From Pseudoxanthomonas sp. (GTDB lineage: Bacteria; Pseudomonadota; Gammaproteobacteria; Xanthomonadales; Xanthomonadaceae), in contig JASGDT010000045.1 of NCBI GenBank assembly GCA_047607085.1, positions 34,142 through 98,141 of the forward strand: DNA of 64,000 nucleotides, read 5' to 3'. The number at the start of each line of letters is the position of its first letter. Positions within the stretch are counted from its first letter, which is position 1. The position numbers and the translations under genes were made by a program. The notes under the pieces were generated by a model. The model worked only from the letters and a program-made list of their open reading frames with translations. It had not been told where the DNA came from and did not search any database. Below, piece by piece: positions 30,790 through 40,089 of this stretch.

Positions 30790-31584
30790 TCACCCGATCA
30801 GCCCTTCGATCGGACTCGATGCCGACGCATTGCGCTTGCGCGGAATCCTTCCTGCCAGAAACGCCTCGCGCCCCGCCTGCACCGCCTTGCGCATCGCGCC
30901 GGCCATCAGCACCGGATCCCTGGCCCCCGCAATCGCGGTGTTCATCAGCACGCCGTCGCAGCCCAGTTCCATCGCGATGGCCGCATCAGAGGCCGTGCCG
31001 ACGCCGGCATCGACGATCACCGGCACTTTGGCATTCTCGATGATTTCCAGCAGGCTCCATTTGTTCTGGATGCCCAGGCCCGAACCGATCGGTGCGGCCA
31101 GCGGCATCACCGCGACGCAGCCGATTTCCTCCAGGCGCTTGGCGAGAATGGGGTCGTCGCTGGTATAGACCATCACGTCGAAGCCGTCGGCGACCAGCAG
31201 TTCGGCGGCTTTCAGCGTTTGCACCACGTCCGGGTACAGGGTTTTCTGGTCGCCCAGCACTTCCAGCTTGACCAGTTGGTGGCCGTCGAGCAGCTCGCGG
31301 GCCAGGCGGCAGGTGCGCACGGCATCCTCGGCGGTGTAGCAGCCGGCGGTGTTGGGCAGCAGGGTGAATTTTTCCGGCGGCAGCGCGTCGAGCAGGCTCG
31401 GTTCGTTGGGCGACTGGCCCAGGTTGATGCGGCGGATGGCGGCAGTGACGATCTCCGCGCCCGCGGCATCGCTGGCGCGGCGGGTTTCGTCGAAATCCTT
31501 GAACTTGCCGGTGCCGGTGATCAGGCGGGAACGATAGGGCTTGCCCGCGATGACGAGCGGGTCGGTCAGGGTGGGGGTGTTCAT
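30790..31584 (-). CDS. thiG: Thiazole synthase
   Basis: [38 protein letters not shown]. Confidence 0.97.
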   Translation of the reverse strand: MNTPTLTDPLVIAGKPYRSRLITGTGKFKDFDETRRASDAAGAEIVTAAIRRINLGQSPNEPSLLDALPPEKFTLLPNTAGCYTAEDAVRTCRLARELLDGHQLVKLEVLGDQKTLYPDVVQTLKAAELLVADGFDVMVYTSDDPILAKRLEEIGCVAVMPLAAPIGSGLGIQNKWSLLEIIENAKVPVIVDAGVGTASDAAIAMELGCDGVLMNTAIAGARDPVLMAGAMRKAVQAGREAFLAGRIPRKRNASASSPIEGLIG

Positions 31585-31752
31585 GGGGGAATTATCGCTG
31601 AAAAGCCGGGATGACCGGATATGACCAGCAAAAAGGCGTGGTTGCCTTCCATGGCGGTGCATTCCCGGTTTCGGAACGTCCGGCCCGCCCATCCATGCGC
31701 GGGCGTTCGCGAACGCAGCCGATGCCTGAGGGCATCGGCAAAGCGCATTCGC

Positions 31753-31953
31753 TCACCCGCCTCCCAGCGCGTGGACGATCTCCACGCGGTCGCCTTCAGC
31801 CAGTACGCGAATTGCATGTTGGCTGCGCGGCACGATTTCGCCGTTCACTTCGACCGCGACGCGGCGCTGGGCCAGGTGCTCGATCTGCAGCAGGTCGGCG
31901 ATGCTGCCGCCATCGGCCAGTTGCCGGGGTTCGCCGTTCAGTTGGATGTCCAT
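31753..31953 (-). CDS. thiS: Sulfur carrier protein ThiS
   Basis: 66 aa ubiquitin-like, AVEVNGEIVPR, C-terminal GGG. Confidence 0.96.
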   Translation of the reverse strand: MDIQLNGEPRQLADGGSIADLLQIEHLAQRRVAVEVNGEIVPRSQHAIRVLAEGDRVEIVHALGGG

Positions 31954-32130
31954 GTGCGTATTGTCGTCCGGAGCGCGTCATGCGCAAAAGTGCATGACAC
32001 GCCCCAATGTTAAAGTTTCATGATGCGCCGCAGCGTGCCGGCGGCGGGGTTTGGTGGAACCATTGCGCGCCATGCGCATCCGTATGGCGCGCATCCAGCT
32101 CGATTCCATCTGTCATTGGGGACAAACCAC

Positions 32131-33954
32131 ATGCAATTTTCCAGATTTCCCGTCCGTTCCGCCCTGGCGCTGGCTTTGTCGGCCGCTGCCTTGCCGGCCT
32201 TTGCGCAGAGCGAATACAGCGGCGTCGTGTTCATCGGCGACAGCCTGACCGATTCGGGCGCATTCCGGCCGGCACTGGTGCAGGTGGCCGGCTCGCAGGC
32301 GGCGGTGCTGGGCCGGTTCACCACCAACCCGGGCCTGGTCTGGTCCGAATTCCTGGCCGACTACTACGGTCTGGCCGACGACGCGGTCGCCGCCAACCAG
32401 GGCGGCGACAACTATGCGGTCGGCGGTGCGCGGGTGGCCGCCGACGTGACCAGCACGTTCGGCACGATCCCGTCGCTGGCGACGCAGACCAGCGCCTACC
32501 TGACGGCCAACGGCGGCAGCGCCGATCCGAATGCGCTGTACACCGTCTGGGGCGGGGCCAACGACCTGTTCGCGGTGGCCGCCGGCGAATCGCAGGCGAC
32601 CATCGTCACCGCGGTGACTACCCAGATCGGCATCATCGCCCAGTTGCAGGCGGCCGGCGCGCGCTACGTGCTGGTGCCGAACATTCCCGATCTGGGCAGC
32701 ACCCCGTCGTTCATCGCGCAGGGCGCAACCGGTATCGCCGCCGGCACGCAACTGGCCACGGCCTACAACAACGCGCTGTACGCGGGCCTGCAATCGGCCG
32801 GTTTGCAGGTGATCCCGCTGGATACCTTCGGGTTCCTCAACGAGGTCATCGCCAACCCGAGCGCGTATGGCTTCGCCAACGTCACCTCGCCGGCCTGCGG
32901 CACGGTGTCGTCGCTGTTGTGCAGTCCGGCGAATTTCGTCAGCGCGGATGCGGCATCCACCTATCTGTTTGCCGATGGCGTGCACCCTTCGACGCGCGCG
33001 CACGAAATCCTGTCGCAATACGCGATCTCGGTGCTGGAAGGTCCACGCCAGATCGCGGTGCTGCCGCAATCGGCGGCGGCGACCGGTCGCGCCCGCGCCG
33101 ACATGGTCGCCGTGCATGTCGATGGCAAGCCGGTCGCTGATGGCGTGCGCTGGTGGGGCAACCTGCGCGGCGACAACCAGCGTTATGACGATGGCGACCT
33201 GTACGACGGCCTGACGCCGGCCGGCAGCTTCGGCGTGGATTGGGCGCGCGGCAACCTGGTGTTCGGCGGCTTTGCCGGCTATGCGCGCGGCAAGCTGGAT
33301 TTCGGTCCCAGCACCGGCGGTTTCGACCAGTCCGAAGCCACGCTGGGCGGCTTCATCGGCTGGTATGGCGACAAGGCCTGGGTCAACGGCCAGCTCAGCT
33401 ACACCAGGCTGTCCTTCGACGTGGATCGTGATATTGCGCTTGGCCCGGTCACGCGCCGGCATTCCGGCTCGCCGGATGGCGACAACCTGACCGTGGCGGT
33501 CGCCGGTGGTTACGAATTCGGCGACGGCGCATTCCGTCACGGCCCGGTTGCCAGCGTGGTGTCGCAGCAGATCGAAGTGGATGGTTATGCCGAAAGCGGC
33601 GGCGGTTCGACCGCGTTGACCTTCCCGGACCAGAAGCGCGATTCGCTGATCGGCAGCGCCGGCTGGCAGGCCAGCTATGCGATGACCGAGACCACCCGGC
33701 CGTATGCGCGGGCGACCTGGGACCACGAGTTCGAGGACGCGCCGGAACAGGCCTTCGCCACCTTGCAGTCGATTTCGGTGGTCGGGCAGTTCGCGGTGCC
33801 GGGGCTGGCGAGCGACAGCGACTACGGCTCGCTGCAGTTCGGCGTGCGCACCCAGGTGTTCGGCGTGGAGGCGAACATCGGCGTGGGCAGCACCTTCGAG
33901 CATGCCGGCGGCGACAATGCCACGGCGTTCCTGACCCTGTCGGGCGGTTTCTGA
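32131..33954 (+). CDS. GDSL esterase autotransporter (EstA-like)
   Basis: Signal peptide, FIGDSLTDSG, GAND, FADGVHP triad, beta-barrel C-terminus ending in F. Confidence 0.93.
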   Translation: MQFSRFPVRSALALALSAAALPAFAQSEYSGVVFIGDSLTDSGAFRPALVQVAGSQAAVLGRFTTNPGLVWSEFLADYYGLADDAVAANQGGDNYAVGGARVAADVTSTFGTIPSLATQTSAYLTANGGSADPNALYTVWGGANDLFAVAAGESQATIVTAVTTQIGIIAQLQAAGARYVLVPNIPDLGSTPSFIAQGATGIAAGTQLATAYNNALYAGLQSAGLQVIPLDTFGFLNEVIANPSAYGFANVTSPACGTVSSLLCSPANFVSADAASTYLFADGVHPSTRAHEILSQYAISVLEGPRQIAVLPQSAAATGRARADMVAVHVDGKPVADGVRWWGNLRGDNQRYDDGDLYDGLTPAGSFGVDWARGNLVFGGFAGYARGKLDFGPSTGGFDQSEATLGGFIGWYGDKAWVNGQLSYTRLSFDVDRDIALGPVTRRHSGSPDGDNLTVAVAGGYEFGDGAFRHGPVASVVSQQIEVDGYAESGGGSTALTFPDQKRDSLIGSAGWQASYAMTETTRPYARATWDHEFEDAPEQAFATLQSISVVGQFAVPGLASDSDYGSLQFGVRTQVFGVEANIGVGSTFEHAGGDNATAFLTLSGGF

Positions 33955-34097
33955 GAATCTGCCCACGATCTTGCCACGCTTGCCGGCTGGCGCGCGTGCG
34001 GTGCTCGGAGTGCCCATGTACCGCACGTATCACTGCGCCTCCTGCGCTCCGCCACGCGCCATCTGGCTGTGCTCGCGACAGATCGTGGACGGATTCT
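33954..34097. mobile_element. MITE-like element with 18-bp terminal inverted repeats
   Basis: AGAATCTGCCCACGATCT ... AGATCGTGGACGGATTCT; no coding capacity; TTCTGA at both ends. Confidence 0.65.
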
Positions 34098-34178
34098 GAA
34101 CGAATCAAATCGTCTTCACGCCGTGTAAGCGCATGGCAAAACACCATGCACCCACTGCAACAGACAAGGAGCGATGAA

Positions 34179-34319
34179 ATGAAACGTGCGATTTCCTGCG
34201 CTGTGTTGATGATGTTCGTTGCGATGCTGGTGGCCGGCTGCAATACCGTGGCCGGTGTCGGCAAGGATGTGCAGAAGGCCGGCGAGAAGGTCGAGGATTC
34301 GGCCGAGAAGCACCAGTAA
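34179..34319 (+). CDS. Entericidin EcnA/B family lipoprotein 1
   Basis: 46 aa, LVAGC lipobox then NTVAGVGKDVQKAGEKVED; AAGGAG SD. Confidence 0.93.
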   Translation: MKRAISCAVLMMFVAMLVAGCNTVAGVGKDVQKAGEKVEDSAEKHQ

Positions 34320-34381
34320 CTGACCTCGGTGCGAGTGCCCTGGACCTGGTGACAAGCGTCCAGGGCTGCGCGATGATGGCG

Positions 34382-34410
34382 GGGCCGGCGCAAGCCGGCC
34401 CTTTTCATTT
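34382..34410 (+). terminator. Intrinsic terminator between the two entericidins
   Basis: GGGCCGGC-GCAA-GCCGGCCC followed by TTTTCATTTT. Confidence 0.75.
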
Positions 34411-34463
34411 TCCACCGCGCGCATTCAAGTGCATGCGCGCGGCCATACCCGGGAGATTTCCAG

Positions 34464-34598
34464 ATGAAGCGCGCATTCGCATTGATCGTCATTCTGTTGG
34501 CAGCCTCGGCGCTGCTGGCGGGTTGCAATACCGTGGCCGGCGTCGGCAAGGACGTGCAGAAAGCCGGCGAGAAGGTGGAAGACGCCGCGAAGGGGTAA
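34464..34598 (+). CDS. Entericidin EcnA/B family lipoprotein 2 (not in supplied ORF track)
   Basis: Hand translation MKRAFALIVILLAASALLAGCNTVAGVGKDVQKAGEKVEDAAKG; GGGAG SD. Confidence 0.93.
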   Translation: MKRAFALIVILLAASALLAGCNTVAGVGKDVQKAGEKVEDAAKG

Positions 34599-34621
34599 CC
34601 GGCGCGCTGCATGCGTTTGGC

Positions 34622-34655
34622 AAAAACGACGGGCCGGAGCATCGGCCCGTCGTTT
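34622..34655. terminator. Bidirectional terminator
   Basis: AAACGACGGGCCG-GAGCAT-CGGCCCGTCGTTT between convergent genes. Confidence 0.75.
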
Positions 34656-34666
34656 CCATGCGGCAA

Positions 34667-35512
34667 TCAACGCCACGCCGGCGGATCGGCGACAAACCCG
34701 CTCGGGAAGGCGTGCGGCGCATCGTGGCGGGAAGGGCGGTACGGGCCGGTGCGCGGCACGATGCCCAGCGCAACCAGACGGCGGACATCCTCATAGCGCA
34801 GTTCGCTGACTTGTGCCGGGTTGCGGCTGGCGCGGACGAATTCGGTCTGCCCGATCGGCGACCATTCGCGCCGGCCATGACCGGTACCGATCTGCTGGCG
34901 GGCCGTGCCGTCGGCGGCGATGGCTTTGGCGCTGGAAGCCGGTGCGGCGGCTTCGGCTTGCGCGTTGCCGGCACGGCCTTCGTGGGCAGGGCTCTCATCG
35001 GCACGCTCGCGCGCGAGCGGCGGTGCGGGCACGGGTGCCGGGCGGACGTAGCGCGGCTTTTCCTCGAACACGGCAATGCCGATCACGCCGACGTTGCGCG
35101 GTCGGCCGGTGCGCGCGGCGTAGCTGTCGCCCAGGTCAGTGAAGACGAACTGCGCGATTTCGTCCAGCGACTTGCGCCAGCCGGAGATTTCCGCGCTTTC
35201 CCACGGGTCCAGCACGTAGCCGGTCTGCGACGGATCGGCGGTCTGGCCGCTGACCGCGTTGACGCCATCGACCGACAGCACCACCAGCACGCGCCGGCCG
35301 GTGGTGTTGGTCATGCGCACGCCGTAGCGGTGGCCGGGGGTGCCGGCCACCCAGGTATCGCCGCGATGCGGGTATTGCGACAGGGTGCGGCCGGTGTCGC
35401 GATCGATCACCGACAGTTCGACCAGATCGCGCGCCGCCAATGGCGCGCAGGCGAGGGCAAGCAGGGCGGAGGCGCCAAGCAGCAGTTTGCCCAGCAGCAA
35501 TTTGCGAGTCAT
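34667..35512 (-). CDS. Exported conserved hypothetical protein
   Basis: Signal peptide; Y.VR.TN....VLVVLSVDG.N, GWRKS, GVIGIAVF pattern; host-like codon usage. Confidence 0.8.
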   Translation of the reverse strand: MTRKLLLGKLLLGASALLALACAPLAARDLVELSVIDRDTGRTLSQYPHRGDTWVAGTPGHRYGVRMTNTTGRRVLVVLSVDGVNAVSGQTADPSQTGYVLDPWESAEISGWRKSLDEIAQFVFTDLGDSYAARTGRPRNVGVIGIAVFEEKPRYVRPAPVPAPPLARERADESPAHEGRAGNAQAEAAAPASSAKAIAADGTARQQIGTGHGRREWSPIGQTEFVRASRNPAQVSELRYEDVRRLVALGIVPRTGPYRPSRHDAPHAFPSGFVADPPAWR

Positions 35513-35688
35513 CGAAGGTTCTCCGGTTGGGCCGGGGCGGCATGCCGCCGGCTGCGGATACCGGGAACGCGTGGCCGTGGGGAATGGGGTTGCCGGTTCG
35601 TGGTTGCTGGCGGTGGGTTCATCGAAAAGGCGACGGCCGGCAGCCGCCGGCTAAACTGTGCGGGTATCGAACAACTCCACCCAAGCGC

Positions 35689-36981
35689 ATGACCACTCGC
35701 ATCCTCACCGGCATCAAACCTTCCGGCATGCCGCATATCGGCAACTATGTCGGCGCGGTGCGCCCGGCGATTGCCGCCAGCCGCGCCACCGATGCCGAAA
35801 GTTTCTACTTCCTGGCCGACCTGCACAGCCTGGTCAACACCCACGACCCGCTGCGCGTGCAGCGCTCCACGCTGGAAATCGCCGCCACCTGGCTGGCCGC
35901 CGGCCTGCAACCGGACAGGGTGTGGTTCTACCGGCAAAGCGACATCCCGGAGATTCCCGAACTGACCTGGCTGCTGACCTGCATGGCCGGCAAGGGCGTG
36001 CTGAACCGCGCGCACGCCTACAAGGCCGCGGTTGACAGGAACCGCGCCGAGGGCGAAGACGACGATGCCGGCGTCAATGCCGGCTTGTTCATGTATCCGG
36101 TGCTGATGGCGGCGGACATCCTGATCTTCAACGCGCACAAGGTGCCGGTGGGCCGCGACCAGGTCCAGCACATCGAGATGGCGCGCGATTTCGGCCAGCG
36201 TTTCAACCACGTCTATGGCCGCGACTACTTCACCCTGCCCGAAGCGGCGGTGGACGACAACGTGGCGACCTTGCCGGGCCTGGACGGGCGCAAGATGAGC
36301 AAGAGCTACGACAACACCATCCCGCTGTTCGCGCCACGCAACGAGTTGAAGAAGCTGGTCGCCGGCATCGTCACCGACTCGCGCGCGCCGGGCGAGGTCA
36401 AGAACACCGAAGGCTCGGCGCTGTTCCAGTTGTACCAGGCCTTCGCCAACGCGGAAGAAACCGCGGCCTTTGCCGCTGACTTCGCCAGGGGCATCGGCTG
36501 GGGCGACGCCAAGCAGAAACTGTTCGAGCGTATCGACGCCGAAGTCGCGCCGATGCGCGAGAAATACGAGGCGCTGGTGGCCAAACCGGCGGACATCGAG
36601 GCGATCCTGCGCGATGGCGCGGCGCGCCTGCGCGCGAAATACGCCACGCCGTTCATCGCCGAGCTGCGCGATGCGGTCGGTTTGCGCGACGTGTCCAGGG
36701 TGTTCGTGGCCGAAAGGCCGAAGGCTGCAAAGGCGGCCGCGCTGCCGTTGTTCAAGCAATACCGCGACAGCGACAACCGCTTCTACTTCAAGCTGCTTGA
36801 TGGCGAAGGCAAGTTGCTGGTGCAAAGCGCAGGCTTCGATGCGCCCAAGGACGCCGGCATGCTGATCGGCGTGCTGAAACAGGCCGAGCAGGCCGAAGCG
36901 TTGCAGACCACCGAGATCGAATTGCAGGTGCCCGTGGACGAAGTGCTGGCGGCGTTGCGCGCGTTGCGCGAAGCGGAGTAA
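35689..36981 (+). CDS. trpS: Tryptophan--tRNA ligase with C-terminal extension
   Basis: TGIKPSG.PHIGNY (HIGH), YPVLMAADIL, GRDQ.QH.E, KMSKS. Confidence 0.97.
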   Translation: MTTRILTGIKPSGMPHIGNYVGAVRPAIAASRATDAESFYFLADLHSLVNTHDPLRVQRSTLEIAATWLAAGLQPDRVWFYRQSDIPEIPELTWLLTCMAGKGVLNRAHAYKAAVDRNRAEGEDDDAGVNAGLFMYPVLMAADILIFNAHKVPVGRDQVQHIEMARDFGQRFNHVYGRDYFTLPEAAVDDNVATLPGLDGRKMSKSYDNTIPLFAPRNELKKLVAGIVTDSRAPGEVKNTEGSALFQLYQAFANAEETAAFAADFARGIGWGDAKQKLFERIDAEVAPMREKYEALVAKPADIEAILRDGAARLRAKYATPFIAELRDAVGLRDVSRVFVAERPKAAKAAALPLFKQYRDSDNRFYFKLLDGEGKLLVQSAGFDAPKDAGMLIGVLKQAEQAEALQTTEIELQVPVDEVLAALRALREAE

Positions 36982-36985
36982 GGCG

Positions 36986-37948
36986 ATGAGCGACACGCAC
37001 GATATCCACGTCATCGAAACCGGCTACGTCCGCCCGGGCCTGTGCGCGGCGTATCTGGTCGTCGAGAACGGCCGCGCCGCCTTGATTGACTGCGGCACCG
37101 CGACCTGTGCACCGCGCGTGCTGGATGCGCTGGCCGCCCACGGCGTTGCCCGCGAAACGGTGGACTGGCTGCTGGTCACCCACGTGCACCTGGATCACGC
37201 CGGCGCGGCCGGCCCGCTGATGCAGGCGTTGCCGAACGCGAAACTGGTCGTCCATCCGCGCGGCGCGCCGCACATGATCGACCCGGCCAGGCTGATCGCC
37301 GGGGCGAAGGCGGTGTATGGCGAGGAAGCCTTCAATCGCGACCACGCCGGCATGTTGCCGGTGCCCGCCGAACGCGTGGTGGTGGCCGAAGTCGTCGGCA
37401 ACGATGCGGGCCATGTTGTCGATCTTGCCGGCCGGCCGCTGCTGTGCATCGACACGCCGGGACATGCGAAACACCATTTCAGCGTGTGGGACGCGCGCAG
37501 CCGCAGCTGGTTTGCCGGCGACATCTTCGGCATCTCGTATCGCGAACTCGACGTCGATGGCCGCGAGTTCATCCTGCCGACCACTTCGCCGGTACAGTTC
37601 GACCCGGACGAGATGCATGCCTCGATCGAACGGCTGGTTGAACGGAAGCCGGCCTCGATCCGCATCGCGCACTACAACCAGGTGTTCGACATCACGCGAC
37701 TGACCGCCGATCTGCACGCACAGGTTGACGAGATGGTGCGCCTGGTCGAACTGGCCGGCACCGACGCCGATCGCCACGCACGGCTGGTTGCGGACCTGTC
37801 GGCGCTGTATTTGCGTCGTGCGCGCGAACACGGCGTGGCGCAGAGCGATGCCGAAGTGCTCGACCTGCTGCACATGGATATCGAGTTGAATGCGCAGGGC
37901 TTGCAGATCTGGTTCGATCGGCGCAAGAAAACATCGGACGGGCCTTGA
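36986..37948 (+). CDS. Metallo-beta-lactamase fold hydrolase
   Basis: THVHLDHAG, TPGHAKHH, FAGD motifs. Confidence 0.92.
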   Translation: MSDTHDIHVIETGYVRPGLCAAYLVVENGRAALIDCGTATCAPRVLDALAAHGVARETVDWLLVTHVHLDHAGAAGPLMQALPNAKLVVHPRGAPHMIDPARLIAGAKAVYGEEAFNRDHAGMLPVPAERVVVAEVVGNDAGHVVDLAGRPLLCIDTPGHAKHHFSVWDARSRSWFAGDIFGISYRELDVDGREFILPTTSPVQFDPDEMHASIERLVERKPASIRIAHYNQVFDITRLTADLHAQVDEMVRLVELAGTDADRHARLVADLSALYLRRAREHGVAQSDAEVLDLLHMDIELNAQGLQIWFDRRKKTSDGP

Positions 37949-38008
37949 CCTGCGGCCAACGCCCGGCACACGGATACAATCGCCGCTTCCCCACCTGCAA
38001 CCAACGCC

Positions 38009-39652
38009 ATGAAGAAACTCATCCTCTGCATGCTGTGCGCATATGCTGTCTCCAATGCTTTCGCTGCACAGACATCCGATCACGGAATCCGGGCGGATGA
38101 ACTCAACCGGCATGTCCGTACCCTGGCCTCCGACGAATTCGAAGGACGTGCGCCCGCCACGCGTGGCGAAACCCGGACCGTGGCCTATCTGATCGACGAA
38201 TTCGCCAAGGCGGGCGTGCAGCCGGGCGGTGAGAACGGCACCTGGGTACAGCCGGTGCCGCTGGCGCGCGCGCGGATCGATGGCGCGGTGAAGGTGCAGT
38301 TGCAAGTCGGCGGAGAAACGCAAACCCTCGCCAACGGCGAGGACGTGGTGTTGCAGACCTTGCAGCCGGTGGATCGGGTGGAAGTGGCGAACGCGCCGCT
38401 GGTTTTCGTGGGTTACGGCATCGATGCACCGGAGCGCGACTGGGACGATTACAAGGGTGTTGACCTGCGCGGCAAGGTCGCACTGGTGCTGGTCAACGAC
38501 CCGGATTTCGAAGCGGGTGCGGGCGATTTCGATGGTCGCGGCATGACATATTACGGTCGCTGGACCTACAAGTACGAGGAATTGGCGCGCAAGGGTGCAC
38601 TGGGTGTGCTGATCGTGCACGAGACAGCGCCAGCCGCCTACGGCTGGGCAACGGTGCGTGCTTCCGGTCTGTCGCCGGTATTCGACATCGAGCGAGCCGA
38701 TGCGAGCGCCTATCACACCCATTTGCGTGGTTGGATGCAGCGCGAGCTTGCGGTGTCATTGTTCCGGCGCGCCGGGCTGGATTTCGAGGCGGAGAAGAAG
38801 AAGGCGCAGGGACGCGACTTCAAGCCGGTTCCATTGGGTGACGCGCGCTTGTCGGCGAGTTTCGCGGTCAAGCGCGAGCGCGTACTCAGCCAGAACGTGA
38901 TCGGCAAACTGGAAGGCGCGGTACGCCCTGACGAAAGCGTGGTCTATTCGGCGCATTGGGATGCCTTCGGTCTCGGCGAAGCAGACGCAAGCGGCGATTC
39001 CATCCGCCACGGTGCGGTGGACAACGCCACCGGCGTGGCCTCGGTGCTGGAACTGGCGCGCGTGTTCGCCGCCGGCCCGCGCCCGCAGCGCACGGTGTTG
39101 TTCATTGCCTTCACTGCCGAGGAAAAGGGCTTGCTGGGCGCGATGCATTACGCGGCGCACCCGGTGATGGCGCTGGAGAAAACCGCGGCGGTGATCAACA
39201 TGGAAATGTTCAGCCCCGACGGGCCGATGCGCGATATCGCTTCGTGGGGCAATGGCCGTGTATCGCTGGAAGCCGACCTCAAGCGCGTGGCCGAAGCCAA
39301 TGGGCGCAGTTACTTGCACAACCCGAATCCGGAATCCGGCTTCTTCTACCGCGCCGATCATTTCGCTTTCGCGCGCGCCGGCGTGCCGGCGATCACCGCG
39401 GGCGCGGGCAAGGACATGCTGGATGGCGGCTTGTCGCGGGGCGAAGAACTGTTCGCGAAGTATTTCGCCAATTGCTATCACCAGCCATGCGACAACTGGA
39501 CGCCGGCGTGGAATGCGCAAGGCCATATGCAGGACACGGCATTGCTGTATTCGCTGGGCCGCGAAATCGCCAATGGCCGCGATTGGCCGCAATGGCAGGA
39601 TGGCTCGGAGTTCAAGGCGGTGCGCGACGCGAGCGCGTCGGCGCGGCAATGA
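38009..39652 (+). CDS. Exported M28 peptidase with PA domain
   Basis: SDEFEGRAP, SAHWD, GAVDNATG, TAEEKGLLG, RADHF, YHQP.D. Confidence 0.92.
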   Translation: MKKLILCMLCAYAVSNAFAAQTSDHGIRADELNRHVRTLASDEFEGRAPATRGETRTVAYLIDEFAKAGVQPGGENGTWVQPVPLARARIDGAVKVQLQVGGETQTLANGEDVVLQTLQPVDRVEVANAPLVFVGYGIDAPERDWDDYKGVDLRGKVALVLVNDPDFEAGAGDFDGRGMTYYGRWTYKYEELARKGALGVLIVHETAPAAYGWATVRASGLSPVFDIERADASAYHTHLRGWMQRELAVSLFRRAGLDFEAEKKKAQGRDFKPVPLGDARLSASFAVKRERVLSQNVIGKLEGAVRPDESVVYSAHWDAFGLGEADASGDSIRHGAVDNATGVASVLELARVFAAGPRPQRTVLFIAFTAEEKGLLGAMHYAAHPVMALEKTAAVINMEMFSPDGPMRDIASWGNGRVSLEADLKRVAEANGRSYLHNPNPESGFFYRADHFAFARAGVPAITAGAGKDMLDGGLSRGEELFAKYFANCYHQPCDNWTPAWNAQGHMQDTALLYSLGREIANGRDWPQWQDGSEFKAVRDASASARQ

Positions 39653-39656
39653 AGCT

Positions 39657-39688
39657 GTTCCCTTCCCTGCGCGGGCAGGGAAGGGAAC
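39657..39688. terminator. Perfect 14-bp hairpin between convergent genes
   Basis: GTTCCCTTCCCTGC-GCGG-GCAGGGAAGGGAAC; no U-tract, may belong to the CCCTYYCC repeat family. Confidence 0.55.
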
Positions 39689-39690
39689 GG

Positions 39691-40080
39691 TCAATCCCAG
39701 ACGTTCGGCGCGGCCCCGCTTTCCGGGCGCTTCATCCGCACCACGCAGAAGCGCTGGCCGGTGGGGGCCTGCATCACCACCCAGCGCGCATCGCGCGGGC
39801 GTTCGATTTCGCGTGCGCCCAGTGCCAGCAGGCGCGCAACTTCGGCCTCGATGTCGTCGGTTTCGATATCCAGATGCACGCGTGATGCGTGTTGCACGCG
39901 CTGTACTTCGACATGCAGGTCGGCGGGCGTGCCGCCCAGCACCGCGTATTTTCCTTCGCCGTCTTCGTTCGGATCGGTGATCGGGAAACCCAGTGCGGCG
40001 CTCCAGAAACGCGCCGACTCCTCCACCGGCGCGTCTTGGCAATCGATGATGAAACCGGCAAGGCGGCTGCGGTGGGTCAT
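39691..40080 (-). CDS. VOC/glyoxalase family protein
   Basis: IIDC....S.RFWS.ALG, RVHLDIETDD, W.VMQAPTGQRFCVV. Confidence 0.88.
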   Translation of the reverse strand: MTHRSRLAGFIIDCQDAPVEESARFWSAALGFPITDPNEDGEGKYAVLGGTPADLHVEVQRVQHASRVHLDIETDDIEAEVARLLALGAREIERPRDARWVVMQAPTGQRFCVVRMKRPESGAAPNVWD

Positions 40081-40089
40081 GGCGGATTC

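Noticed and set aside
29608-31953. thiS-thiG-trmB linkage as a novel system
   Set aside because: Common conserved arrangement in gammaproteobacteria
31954-32130. TPP riboswitch expected upstream of thiS-thiG
   Set aside because: No CTGAGA or other TPP aptamer motifs; only two unrelated short inverted repeats
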